Of a DNA stretch of 64,000 nucleotides, positions 1 through 12,200 are shown one piece after another. The notes below the pieces were generated by a model. That model was not told the DNA's origin. It saw nothing but the letters and a program-made list of their open reading frames with translations, and did no database searches. The position numbers were made by a program, and so were the translations under genes. Source of the DNA: Macrostomum hystrix (taxonomy: Eukaryota > Animalia > Platyhelminthes); NCBI GenBank assembly GCA_950097015.1, contig CATNEN010000003.1, positions 2,666,001 to 2,730,000 on the forward strand, read 5' to 3'. The first letter of the stretch is position 1; the number at the start of each line of letters is the position of its first letter.

Positions 1-1861
1 CAGCCAGCAGCACGTTTTTCAACTACAACCCGGTGCAGGAAGTCATAACGCCGCTGCCAAGTCTACTGCCGAGATTCGTCAAGAGAAGGTGCTAACAACT
101 TTCTATTGCGCAGGTGTTTTTGTTTCTCAATTCTGTGTTTAAATTTAATCAAGGAGCATCGTTTCAGAAGCCAATCTCCTTCGGATACAATTGGCTACAG
201 GAGTTTAACAAAATGTCCATGACAGAAGCTGAGATTGAACGGGTAACGTCGAATGTCCTAAAATTGTTTGTTCAGTACATTATTACGTAATAGTTCCTAA
301 TCATAAGGTCCATTTTGCAGCGCGTCAAGAATGGTGGAAAGCTGCGCAACAGTGTGTCGCAGACAACTAGATTTGTACTGCCAATCGACCTTAGGGAGCT
401 TGAAGGTGGGTCAGACAAGCTTGGACTAAAACCAGATTGATTTTTCTGGGCAGGAAAATAACAAAAATATTTTCCTTAACAATTTCAGAAATGGATCCAA
501 AAGACTACCTCAGACAGTACACAGTCGTGTCTTCTAGGCGCATGTACCTTTACCAGAAGGTGTTTCAGAAGTACCGAAATCCAACACTAAATGCTGTTGA
601 AGTGAAGGTGAAAAGCTCAATTCTAGAAAAATATGCGGAGAGTTTTGAAACGCAGGCTTGACCAAACGGTACAGGATCACGGAGGAAGGATAGACCAAAC
701 AGTTGAGGATCTCAGAGGAAGGATAGACCAAACGGTACAGGATCACGGAGGAAGGATAGACCAAACAGTTGAGGATCTCAGAGGAAGGATAGACCAAACA
801 GTTGAGGATCTCGGAGGAAGGATAGACCAAACGGTAGAGGATCTCGAAGGAAGGATAGACCAAACGGTACACAATCTCGAAGGAAGGATAGACCAAACAG
901 TACAGGATCTCGGAGGAAGGATAGACCAAATGGTACAGGATCTCGGAGGAAGGATAGACCAAACGGTAGAGGATCTCGGAGGAAGGATAGACCAAACGGT
1001 AGAGGATCTCGAAGGAAGGATAGACCAAACGGTACAGGATCTCGAAGGAAGGATAGACCAAACAGTACAGGATCTCGGAGGAAGGATAGACCAAACAGTA
1101 CAGGATCTCGGAGGAAGGATAGACCAAACGGTAGAGGATCTCGGAGGAAGGATAGACCAAACGGTACAGGATCTCGGAGGAAGGATAGACCAAACAGTTG
1201 AGGATCTCGGAGGAAGGATAGACCAAACGGTAGAGGATCTCGAAGGAAGGATAGACCAAACGGTAGAGGATCTCGAAGGAAGGATAGACCAAACGGTACA
1301 CAATCTCAAAGGAAGGATAGACCAAATGGTACAGGATCTCGGAGGAAGGATAGACCAAATGGTACAGGATCTCGGAGGAAGGATAGACCAAACGGTACAG
1401 GATCTCGAAGGAAGGATAGACCAAACGGTACACAATCTCGAAGGAAGGATAGACCAAATGGTACAGGATCTCGGAGGAAGGATAGACCAAACGGTAGAGG
1501 ATCTCGGAGGAAGGATAGACCAAACGTTGTAGGTATAACAAAGCAATTTATTTCAATCCCATAGGACCTATCGAAGTGCATCTCGGACATCATTGTTGGC
1601 GGTATCTCGGAGGAGAAACTGGAAGAGATGCTTCACCTAACGGGCATGCTGGATGCAGGCCAGCTGGACTCCAAGCTGTTCAACGCATTCTGCGCAGTCG
1701 TGGAGAGACAGACCACTGGCAAGAAGCTACCTGACGACCCCAGTGAGCTGATGGAGTGTCACAAGCAGAGGCTGGAGAGCGCTGACTTTATCGGCCTGAG
1801 CTACAAGTTCAAGGATGTCAACCTGTCGGAAGTGATGAGCAGATTGTTAAAGGCACTGTGA
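1..1861 (+). CDS. 3' part of an uncharacterised spliced protein-coding gene (5' end outside the window)
   Basis: Phase-compatible exons with GT-AG borders: <1-88, ~168-242 (acceptor uncertain), 321-405, 489-607 and 1565-1861 (TGA). They read ...KPISFGYNWLQEFNKMSMTEAEIER|RVKNGGKLRNSVSQTTRFVLPIDLRELE|EMDPKDYLRQYTVVSSRRMYLYQKVFQKY...VEVK|DLSKCISDII...LESADFIGLSYKFKDVNLSEVMSRLLKAL*. I do not recognise the family. Confidence 0.75.
661..1530. repeat. 33-bp minisatellite (ACCAAACGGTACAGGATCTCGGAGGAAGGATAG) filling intron 608-1564
   Basis: About 26 tandem copies. Source of spurious ORFs 633-1532 (+), 534-1541 (-) and 743-1546 (-). Confidence 0.95.
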
Positions 1862-2225
1862 ACTGTTAAAAAGGCACTGTTAAAAACGGTTTTGTCTTCT
1901 GTAAACACAAGCAAGCGCCTTATTTAGTTGCTTAACAAGCCATTGTTCCCGACTTGACTTATAGATTAACCGTTTATTATTATCATTTTAGCCCGAACCT
2001 AAAAAACAAGCTCCGCTTTTTGCAACCCAGAAGTGATTTAGCGTATACATGTATATCAAAGTGAATTGCGCTTTCTGTTCATATTTTTGCTGTAATAATG
2101 AGCTTTTTTCACCAGAATATTTTTTAATAAACAAGATCTTAGCTTGAAAATTAGAAAAAAAACTAAAAAATTTATTGAGTTTTTCTCTTGTACTTACAAT
2201 GACCATACTAATAGAATTCAGCTGG

Positions 2226-2440
2226 GAAATCCACAGGGCCGAGTTCTGATGTACATTGATGTACATCTGGGCAGAGAATCACAGGGCCGAGTCATTCCTA
2301 CCCTGATGTACATTGGTGTAGGGGCAGAGAATCACAGGGCCGAGTCATTCCTACCCTGATGTACATTGGTGTAAGGGCAGATAATCACAGGGCCGAGAAC
2401 TGATTTACACTGGTGTAGGGGTAATAGAATGACAGGGCTG
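2226..2440. repeat. Short degenerate ~53-bp tandem repeat (CACAGGGCCGAGTCATTCCTACCCTGATGTACATTGGTGTA...)
   Basis: About 4 imperfect copies visible directly. Confidence 0.75.
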
Positions 2441-4722
2441 AGTGCTTCCTCTATGTAAATTTCGAGTAGCAAATCACAGAAATGCAGCAGACAAACAAGA
2501 ACTATACTTTTTAATGGAAATCGCGCAGAACAAACGAGCAATTTTTGTTTCATTTTTAATATGTTTTAGCGTCCAGCTAGTTGCGCAAGTTGTTATATTT
2601 CAGCTAAAGTTTCACTTGCCCTCGTCATGCCAGGTTGACATCGGAACGATTTTGAGAGTTTAGATTTTCTAAGCGAAAGAATTCTCGGGTCTTGACAAAC
2701 TCTTCCGGCGGACAGACGCGACAAATGAGTTACAGAAGGAAAAAACAATTGCGCTTAGACGCTACTACTGCAATTAGTGCTAGTGGGAATACGACTACAA
2801 CACACTGGCCGCGGCACAAGACACCAAAGAGAATCGCGCTTTGCCTTTGTGTTTGAGTAGCTTTGAGTAGAGAGAGAGAGACAGGTGGGAGTACAAAGTT
2901 ACCGAGCGAGTGGGCAGGGAGACTAGGTGGGGCAGACAAGCATAGACACGCGCACAAAACCTCAGTAGGATTGGAAGGACAGTTGGATGACACAAACAAA
3001 AAAGCGTCAATTGGGAGATTGTTCAGGATTGCGCAAAAAATCCGAACTCAGAGAGTCAATTCAAGTCAGACGCTTGGATGCCAAGTACGCGTTGAATCTT
3101 AAAACCGATCAAACAAAATAAGCAAGGAAAAAATAGCTAAAGTAAAATAGAGCCAAAAATTCACGGTGAGGGCGGTAGAAGAAAGTCCTCAGGTGCGAAG
3201 CAACCAGCCCGAGCAGACTGAATATTTCGGGGAGGAAAGCAAACGACTCGATTTTGGTGGAGACATAGAAAGCAAAAAAGCAATTACAGCACACACTATT
3301 TGGTGTTGAAGTGTTTCAACAGAAAATGTGCCTAAAAAGTTCTGGTAGAAATCTACAAAAAGGGAGTAGTTTTTCCTGACAAAGTGAGGCGAATTGCGCA
3401 AAAAAGAGAAAAAAAACATTTTGCGAGCACATCTGTGTCACCTAGGTTTTTCAGACCTAACTAATGCTTGTAATTTTACACAAAAGACAGAGACTGGTGA
3501 GACGGCAAAGTACTGGGGTTTGTGGAGTTGCACAACACAAGCAATTTAGTTTTTCTGTGTCTAGAGTACAGGTGTATGTACAGAAAAAAAGGGGATCTAC
3601 TATGTTTTGTTTCTTGAACCGAAGAGAATGAAGGAACGGGTGCTGAAAAAGCAAACAGACACGCACAGAGGAGGTGGCGTGAAGGAGCAAAGGGATGCGC
3701 CTGGAATTAGTTCTGCATGGCCTTATCTAAGCTTGATGTACGCTGGGCTGTGTTTCTCGCTGTCGTCACTCTGCGCGCACTGGGGGTAAGAGATTAAACA
3801 CCCACCCCACTACGCTGGGACAGAGTTAACTGCGGACGAAATCTCATAGTCTAAATGTACATTGGAAACTGACTTTACTGACTAAACTGACAGTGAAACT
3901 CTCACCCTGAGTGTACATTACTAGATATCGAGCCCAAACCAATCACGTCCTACCGTCTTAGGCTGAAAATTTTCACGAAGCAGAAAAAATTAATTTAAAA
4001 ACCAAAGAAAGTAGCTACAAGACGGCAAAGAAAGCCCCAAAAAACTGGGACCTATGAGGAATACGAAAACAAAAAGAGGCAGAAAACGCAAGGAAATTTT
4101 ATATAGAAGCCAACGGGAGAGCGAGTGAAAAAAGGCTATGCAAAAAAATTTCTCGTCAGATGCGACCCGAGAGCTGGGATGTTAGAAGAGGGCGAAGCAA
4201 GACAAAAAGAACCATTTTGATCACCATCGAGCAAAAAAGCGACAAAAATTGCAAAAGGAATTTGAACAATGATTTCCGATTCAGAAAAGCAACACGAAAA
4301 AACGAGCGGCGAATAAAAAACACAATTAAAAGATAAAATCACCCAATGGCAGAAAAATTCTCAAAGCAGCAACAAATCCTATGCGTAGTAACTACTCAGT
4401 ACGACATTTGATTCCGTAAAAATGATTTTTAATGTATATAACTTAATGCAAATTTTCACTAGATTTTCTTCAATAAGACTGAAAGCAGTGGGGAACAGGA
4501 AAGTAAATTAGCCTAACTATCGACAACTGCCCAAAAACAACCCACGAGGAGAAGTAAAGCTCGCAGCAATGTTCCAATAGTTAAAAAAGCAAGCTTAAAA
4601 AATTGCATGTTTTATTCCAGGAATTCAGCTATTTAGGAAACAAAAAAAACTAGCTTTCGCAATTCGAATCTCCGCTCTAACAGTGACTTAACTATGAATT
4701 TTGAGTGTGCCCACAAGTATGC

Positions 4723-7700
4723 TCACTGCTGCTCAGCGGCAGCCAGTCCCAGCTGGTGATAGGCGGCGGCGGCGGCGGCAGCGGGGTCGATGCCATAATA
4801 GAGCGACCCGTCTGTTGTGTACAGGGCCGCATTGGCGGCGGAGGTCATTAGGTGCGGCGCCGCGGCGTACATGCCAGACATCTGATAGGCTGACGGGTCC
4901 AGCTGAGTTCAGCGGTGACGGATTTTGATTTAGCAATGGGATTTGTTAAGCCTGGAGCACACCTAATAAGAAGCTATAATCTTACCTGGTAGATGGACGG
5001 TCCCTGAGCCACTGAGGCTTGACCTGGAGCGGTGGCAGCCGAGTGCAGCAGTTGGTAGCCAGCTGGAATGGCGGCTCCGGGAGGCGCCGGTGGCCCAGCG
5101 GAGGCTCTGGTGGCAGCGGCGGCGGCAGCGGCGGCAGCGGCCGAATATAGCGAGGCCTGGCTGTACAGGTGATGATGATGCCCGGCCTGAAGCTGCTGCT
5201 GCTGCTGCTGTTGCTGAGCCTGAGGCTGCTGAGCCTGAAGAATTTGATGAGCTGTCGGAGCGGCGTAGCCACGAGCTGCAGCCAGGGCCGCGGCGGCAGC
5301 GGCAGCAGCGGCAGCCGAATTCTGCTGCTGCTGCTGGTGATGATGCAGCAGGGCCATTGAGGCCAACTGGTGAGCGGCTGAAGATGGCGGAGCTTGCATC
5401 GCCGGCTGACCGGCGGCTGCTGCGGCAGCGGCTGCGGCAGCGGCGGCAGCTGCAGCCATCTGCTGATGTTGATGCACCTGATGCACCTGCACCTGTTGCT
5501 GCTGCTGCTGCTGCTGCTGGCGCTGTTTCTTGCGCTGATTGGTTTTGTCAGCCAATTTGGCCTCCAACGGTCTGGCGGTGCCGAGTTTCTGGCCGAGCGC
5601 CACGCCGGTCTTGTTGATGTGCGAGATGGCCAGAATGGCATCCTGAGGTTAAGCAATATTGGTTTTAGGTAGTCAGCTGACTAGGCTAGGGGTTGTTATA
5701 GGCTTGAACCTGAAGGTCGGGGGTTCGACTCCAGACTTCACTGGAACAATTTGTGTCTTTTAGCAAGACACTTATTGCACCCAGCTGTCAGTTCACCCAC
5801 AGTGGACTGAACAGTTGTACACAGCTTTTGGAAGCGCTGAGACTGTGAAACTGACCCCAACCGGGCCAGAGTCCGTTTAATCCGTCAATCCGTCCGTCAA
5901 TCCGTCCGTCAATCCGTCAATCTACGTCTTGTACAAGAATAGTCACAATTTCAGCACGGACAGACAGCAGCCTCACCTGTTCCTTCTCGAATCGGATGAA
6001 GCCAGCTCCAGTAGCTCCAGTCTGCTGTCTGGTACCCGGATCCGTAGCCCGCATCACCCGGCAGGAGATGATGCGGCCACTGATCAGCTTGCTGAGCTCC
6101 TCGGTGAAGACGCGTGTCATCCAGTCCTCATTGCACTCAGCTCTGGTTGGCAGGTTCTTGATGTAGATGTTTGTGGGGTCCTTCTCGGATTCCTGCGGGT
6201 CACGGGTGCTGCTTGTTATAAGCACCTGAACATCCTGAAGGATTATAGATAAGAGCCTGAACATCCTGAATAATAGAGCCTGAACATCCTGAAGGATCAT
6301 CTAGATAAGAGCCTGAACATCCTGAAGGATCATCTAGATAAGAGCCTGAACATCCTGAAGGATCATCTAGATAAGAGCCTGAACATCCTGAATAATAGAG
6401 CCTGAACATCCTGAAGGATTATAGATAAGAGCCTGAACATCCTGAAGGATCATAGATAAGAGCCTGAACATCCTGAAGGATAATAGATAAGAGCCTGAAC
6501 ATTCTGAAGGATCATAGATAAGAGCCTGAACATCCTGAAGGATCATAGATAAGAGCCTGAACATCCTGAAGGATCATAGATAAGAGCCTGAACATCCTGA
6601 AGGATCATAGATAAGAGCCTGAACATCCTGAAGGATCATAAATAAGAGCCTGAACATCCTAAAGGATCATAGATAAGAGCCTGAACATCCTGAAGGATCA
6701 TAGATAAGAGCCTGAACATCCTGAAGGATCATAGATAAGAGCCTGAACATCCTGAAGGATCATAGATAAGAGCCTGAACATCCTGAAGGATCATCGAAAT
6801 AAGAGCCTGAACATCCTGAAGGATCATAGATAAGAGCCTGAACATCCTGAAGGATCATCTAGATAAGAACCTGAACATCCTGAATAATAGAGCCTGAAGA
6901 TCCTGAAGGATAATAGATAAAAGCCTGAACATCCTGAAGGATAATAGATAAGAGCCTGAACATCCTGAAGGATCATAGATAAGAGCCTGAACATCCTGAA
7001 TAATAGAGCCTGAACATCCTGAAGGATCATCTAGATAAGAGCCTGAACATCCTGAATAATAGAGCCTGAACATCCTGAAGGATCATAGATAAGAGCCTGA
7101 ACATCCTGAAGGATTATAGATAAGAGCCTGAAGATCCTGAATAATAGAGCCTGAACATCCTGAAGGATCATAGATAAGAGCCTGAACATCCTGAAGGATC
7201 ATAGATAAGAGCCTGAACATCCTGAAGGATCATCTAGATAAGAGCCTGAACATCCTGAAGGATCATAGATAAGAGCCTGAACATCCTGAAGGATCATTTA
7301 GATAAGAGCCTGAACATCCTGAAGGATCATAGATAAGAGCCTGAACATCCTGAAGGATCATAGATAAGAGCCTGAAGATCCTGAAGGATAATAGATAAGA
7401 GCCTGAACATCCTGAAGGATCATAGATAAGAGCCTGAACATCCTGAAGGATCATAGATAAGAGCCTGAAGATCCTGAAGGATCATAGATAAGAGCCTGAA
7501 CATCCTGAAGGATCATAGATAAGAGCCTGAACATCCTGAAGGATCATAGATAAGAGCCTGAACATCCTGAAGGATCATAGATAAGAGCCTGAACATCCTG
7601 AAGGATTATAGATAAGAGCCTGAACATCCTGAAGGATCATAGATAAGACTCTGAAAATGGTGATAGAATGAATTGTCAACAAGTGTCATTGCAATTAAAA

Positions 7701-9278
7701 ATCATGCTAAAATTTCCTTCTCCACAAAATTAAAATATAAAATATATGAACAGAAATTTAATTAAAAAACGAGCTACTCGGATAATATTTGAAACAAAAA
7801 TTCAACGCAAACAAGTTTCGGCTTTTATATCGGTGCCACAGTCAGTGCTAGCGACAATGACAAACTAAATTGTTGCATTTACGCTGATAACATTGCAGTA
7901 ATGATAATAATAAGATCAATTAACTTTGCCGGTGCTTCAATTTCTACAGGGCTGGTAACATAAAATAAAAAACAGTGAGTGTTGGGATTTTTTTAATAAA
8001 TGATAAATTTCAACTATTTTTAGCGTATTGCTTGCGAATCTTTCCTACTGCTAGTAGAGTGGTGCGAATATGGTGAATTTTTCTGATTTATTAACGGGTG
8101 AAACAAAAATAAAATTAAAAAAACAATTTAGGGAAAGGTAGGATATATTTCAAGGAATGAAACAACATCAACGACTAATGCGTAGATTTAATTATATATT
8201 AATTTTACTCGCACATTTCATCAATTAGGTTTACCTCTTTGGCCTAGATTAACAAGAAATTATAAACGGGCAAGTTGGAGACCAATTTGTGATTAGTTAG
8301 AAATTTAATGCTAACATATTGAACATTGGTTAGAGGTGTGTTAGACTCAGGATTGGAGTAGACAATGGCGGAGTGGAGTTGACAGTTAGAGGAGTGGAGT
8401 AGACAATGGCGGAGTGGAGTTGACAGTTAGAGGAGTGGAGTAGACAGTGGGGGAGTGGAGTAGACAGTGAGGCGGTGGAGTAGACAGTGTGGAGTGGAGT
8501 AGACAGTGTGGAGTGGAGTAGACAGTGAGGCGGTGGAGTAGACAGTGAGGGAGTGGAGTAGACAGTTAGGGAGTGGAGTAGACAGTGAGGCGGTGGAGTA
8601 GACAGTGAGGGAGTGGAGTAGACAGTGAGGGAGTGGAGTAGACAGTGAGGGAGTGGAGTAGACAGTGAGGCGGTGGAGTAGACAGTGTGGAGTGGAGTAG
8701 ACAGTGTGGAGTGGAGTAGACAGTGAGGGAGTGGAGTAGACAGTGAGGGAGTGGAGTAGACAGTGAGGGAGTGGAGTAGACATTGGGGGAGTGGAGTAGA
8801 CAGTGAGGGAGTGGAGTAGACAGTGAGGGAGTGAAGCCGAGACAGACGCAGTAATCTCACCCTGGCATAGCTGATTTGTAGTTTGCCATTGCGGAGTGAC
8901 ACCTTGGTCAAAGCGTCCAGAGCCAGTTGAGCCTGGGTATCGTCGCGGAAGTCAACGAAGCCGTACCCTGAAACACGAATTCAATAATTTGTTCACGGAT
9001 TATCAAACGGATTTAGAATTAAATCCTGACAGAAAAACAGGCTCAAACAGTCAATAGAGACCTTTGCACTGTCCTGTCTGCTCATCCATCACAGCTTTGG
9101 TTGAGTTGATGGCATCGTTGGCTATGTTACAATTCTCGGACACCAATTGTCGAATGCTCTCATCGGTATCAGACGGTAGCAGACCTCTGATGTACAAGTT
9201 GGTGTTGCTCTTGCGATCTGGCTCTCCATTGGGCGAATTATTGCGGGATCCGGAATGGTTCTGCTGCTGCATTAGGCT
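4723..9278 (-). CDS. shep (RBMS-like): Core exons (RRM1, RRM2, Q/A-rich tail) of the RBMS/shep-like gene
   Basis: Five exons (9278-9062, 8967-8861, 6192-5977, 5642-4986, 4902-4723) with intact RNP1/RNP2 motifs. Confidence 0.93.
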
Positions 9279-12200
9279 CTGTGGGATTATGTTTAGTAGC
9301 TAATTAATATATAATAGTAATAATAGTAATAATGAATTACACCTTCCCCAATCAGACCAGATCTGAAGGCTGCGTACAGCTGTTCAGTCCATGGACTGGG
9401 GGGACGCCACATCCACACTCATTTAACAGCTGGGTGAACAGTGAGGCGGTGGAGTAGACAGGGAGTGGAGTAGACAGTGGGGAAGTGGAGTAGACATTGG
9501 GGGAGTGGAGTAGACAGTTGGAGAGTGGAGTAGACAGTGGGGGAGTGGAGTAGACAGTGAGGCGGTGGAGTAGACAGTGAGGGAGTGGAGTAGACAGTGA
9601 GGGAGTGGAGTAGACAGTGAGGGAGTGGAGTAGACAGTGAGGGAGTGGAGTAGACAGTGAGGGAGTGGAGTAGACAGTGAGGGAGTGGAGTAGACAGTGA
9701 GGCGGTGGAGTAGACAGTGAGGGAGTGGAGTAGACAGTGAGGGAGTGGAGTAGACAGTGAGGGAGTGGAGTAGACAGTGAGGGAGTGGATTAGACAGTGA
9801 GGGAGTGGAGTAGACAGTGAGGGAGTGGAGTAGACAGTGAGGGAGTGGAGTAGACAGTGAGGGAGTGGAGTAGACAGTGAGGGAGTGGAGTAGACAGTTA
9901 GGGAGTGGAGTAGACAGTGGGGGAGTGGAGTAGACGGTAGGGGAGGGGAGTAGACAGTGAGGGAGTGGAGTAGACAGTGAGGCGGTGGAGTAGACAGTGA
10001 GGGAGTGGAGTAGACAGTTGGAGAGTGGAGTAGACAGTGGGGGAGTGGAGTAGACAGTGAGGGAGTGGAGTAGACAGTGGGGGAGTGGAGTAGACAGTTG
10101 GGGAGTGGAGTAGACAGTTGGAGAGTGGAGTAGACAGTGGGGGAGTGGAGTAGACAGTGAGGGAGTGGAGTAGACAGTGAGGGAGTGGAGTAGACAGTTG
10201 GGGAGTGGAGTAGACAGTTGGAGAGTGGAGTAGACAGTGGGGGAGTGGAGTAGACGGTAGGGAAGGGGAGTAGACAGTGGGGGAGTGGAGTAGACAGTGA
10301 GGGAGTGGAGTAGACAGTTGGAGAGTAGAGTAGATAGTGAGGGAGTGGAGTAGACAGTGAGGGAGTGGAGTAGACAGTGAGGGAGTGGAGTAGACAGTGA
10401 GGCGGTAGAGTTAAGCGTTGTGTTAACAACACCAATGCAGAGTTAAGCGTCTTGCTAAATGACACAGATTGTTCCAGTGGAGACGGGAATCGAACCCCCG
10501 ACCTTTATATCGTGAGTCCTACTCTCTAAACACAAGGCTACCACCCGCTATTTATTAACTATTTATTAGCAGCTAAAAAAGATTAATAAATGTCTTTAAC
10601 AGAAAAGAAAGTTATCCCTGATGATTTTTTGTTTTTTCAAATTTCCTTCCACAGAGGTAAAAAATAATAATTTTGTAGCAAATTTCTTTCTTTACTTCAT
10701 TAATTTTCGCATTCTAATTGAAATGCCCGGTTTCTCACGAGAGCAAAGCAATTAAAATGTGCTTCAATTAAAGACAATTATTACGCCCACATATTGAAGA
10801 TATTGTCTGACAGTGAGGTAGGGTTGGGCACCACCCTTTTAAGTGTGTTAGCCGTGAAATTTCATATTAATTGAGCGCAGATAGATAAGCCAATTTAAGG
10901 CGTCGCAAAAGAAAAGCAAATTCAGCAATGATTCTATCAATATTTATTGACTGCAATTATACGCATAAGTGAGAATGCTTATCTGCTCAGGTCAGATATA
11001 CGAGTATTAACAGAAAGATGTGACGGAAAAACTCGGTTTACGAAATTAGTTATTTCTTGAATTGTAGAGTGCATAACTGAGAATTAGTTCAAGTCGGCAA
11101 GAAGAAAATTAGGAGAGCCAGAAGTAGATTAGGAGGGCGAGAGTTAGGTTAGAAGGGTGAGAAGTAGGTTAGAAGGGTGAGAAATAGGTTAGAAGGATGA
11201 GAAGTAGATTCGAAGGGTAAGAAGTAGATTCGAATGACGAGAAGTAGATTATAAGGATGAGAAGTAGGTTAGAAGGGTGAGAATTAGGTTAGAAGGGTGA
11301 GAATTAGGTTAGAAGGGTGAGAATTAGATTAGAAGGTTGAGAAGTAGATTCGAAAGATAAGAAGTAGATTATTAGGATGAGAAGTAGGTTAGAAGGGTGA
11401 GAAGTAGGTTCGAAAGATGAGAAGTAGATTCGAAAGGTAAGAAGTAGATTCGAAAGGTTAGAAGTAGGTTAGGAGGGTGAGAAGTAGGTTAGAAGGGTGA
11501 GAAGTAGGTTAGAAGGGTGAGAAGTAGGTTAGAAGGGTGAGAAGTAGGTTAGAAGGGTGAGAAGTAGGTTAGAAGGGTGAGAAGTACATTATAAGGATGA
11601 GAAGTAGGTTAGAAGGGTGAGAAGTAGGTTAGAAGGGTGAGAAGTAGGTTAGAAGGGTGAGAAGTAGGTTAGAAGGGTGAGAAGTAGATTCGAAGGGTTA
11701 GAATCAGTTAAAGTATGGAGGGAAATAATCAACTAGGTGAGAGGATAAGAGTGAAGTAGACAGGAAGAGAAACTGTAGAGTAGAGTCGGTACGTAGAGTT
11801 TCTAAGAAAGCCACAAGACGTGAGTACAGCTCAGTCATTCTCAAACAACTCAAAGCATATTTTACCTTTACAACTCAAGCGTTTTATTACCAACGCCAGC
11901 TTTGGTAACACAGTTTATGACACGCAAGATGATTTTATGACAGCCACTTATTGCAACAGGCCCATATAAGATTTTCTAGATTTTTATTTCCCGAGTTTTT
12001 CAAGCCAGCCGAGTTGCTTCTAGTGGAAACTATTTTACAGCTGCCTACCGTCTTGGGTCACCTAGGAAGCACTGGAACACTGTGTATTGTTTTAGTATTA
12101 AAAAATGAGAGAGCACATGTACACACGCACACACGCAGGCACCTTTGCGCCAACATCGCATCACAAATTCAAGTAGGCAGGCAGTCTAATGAGAGTGGCA

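Noticed and set aside
4733-4936. ORF-track frame (MLNQNPSP...) as the last shep exon, and the antisense ORFs 5090-5617 and 5169-5672
   Set aside because: Splice phase selects a different frame (4902-4723, LDPSAYQ...). The antisense ORFs are shadows of GC-rich Q/A codons.
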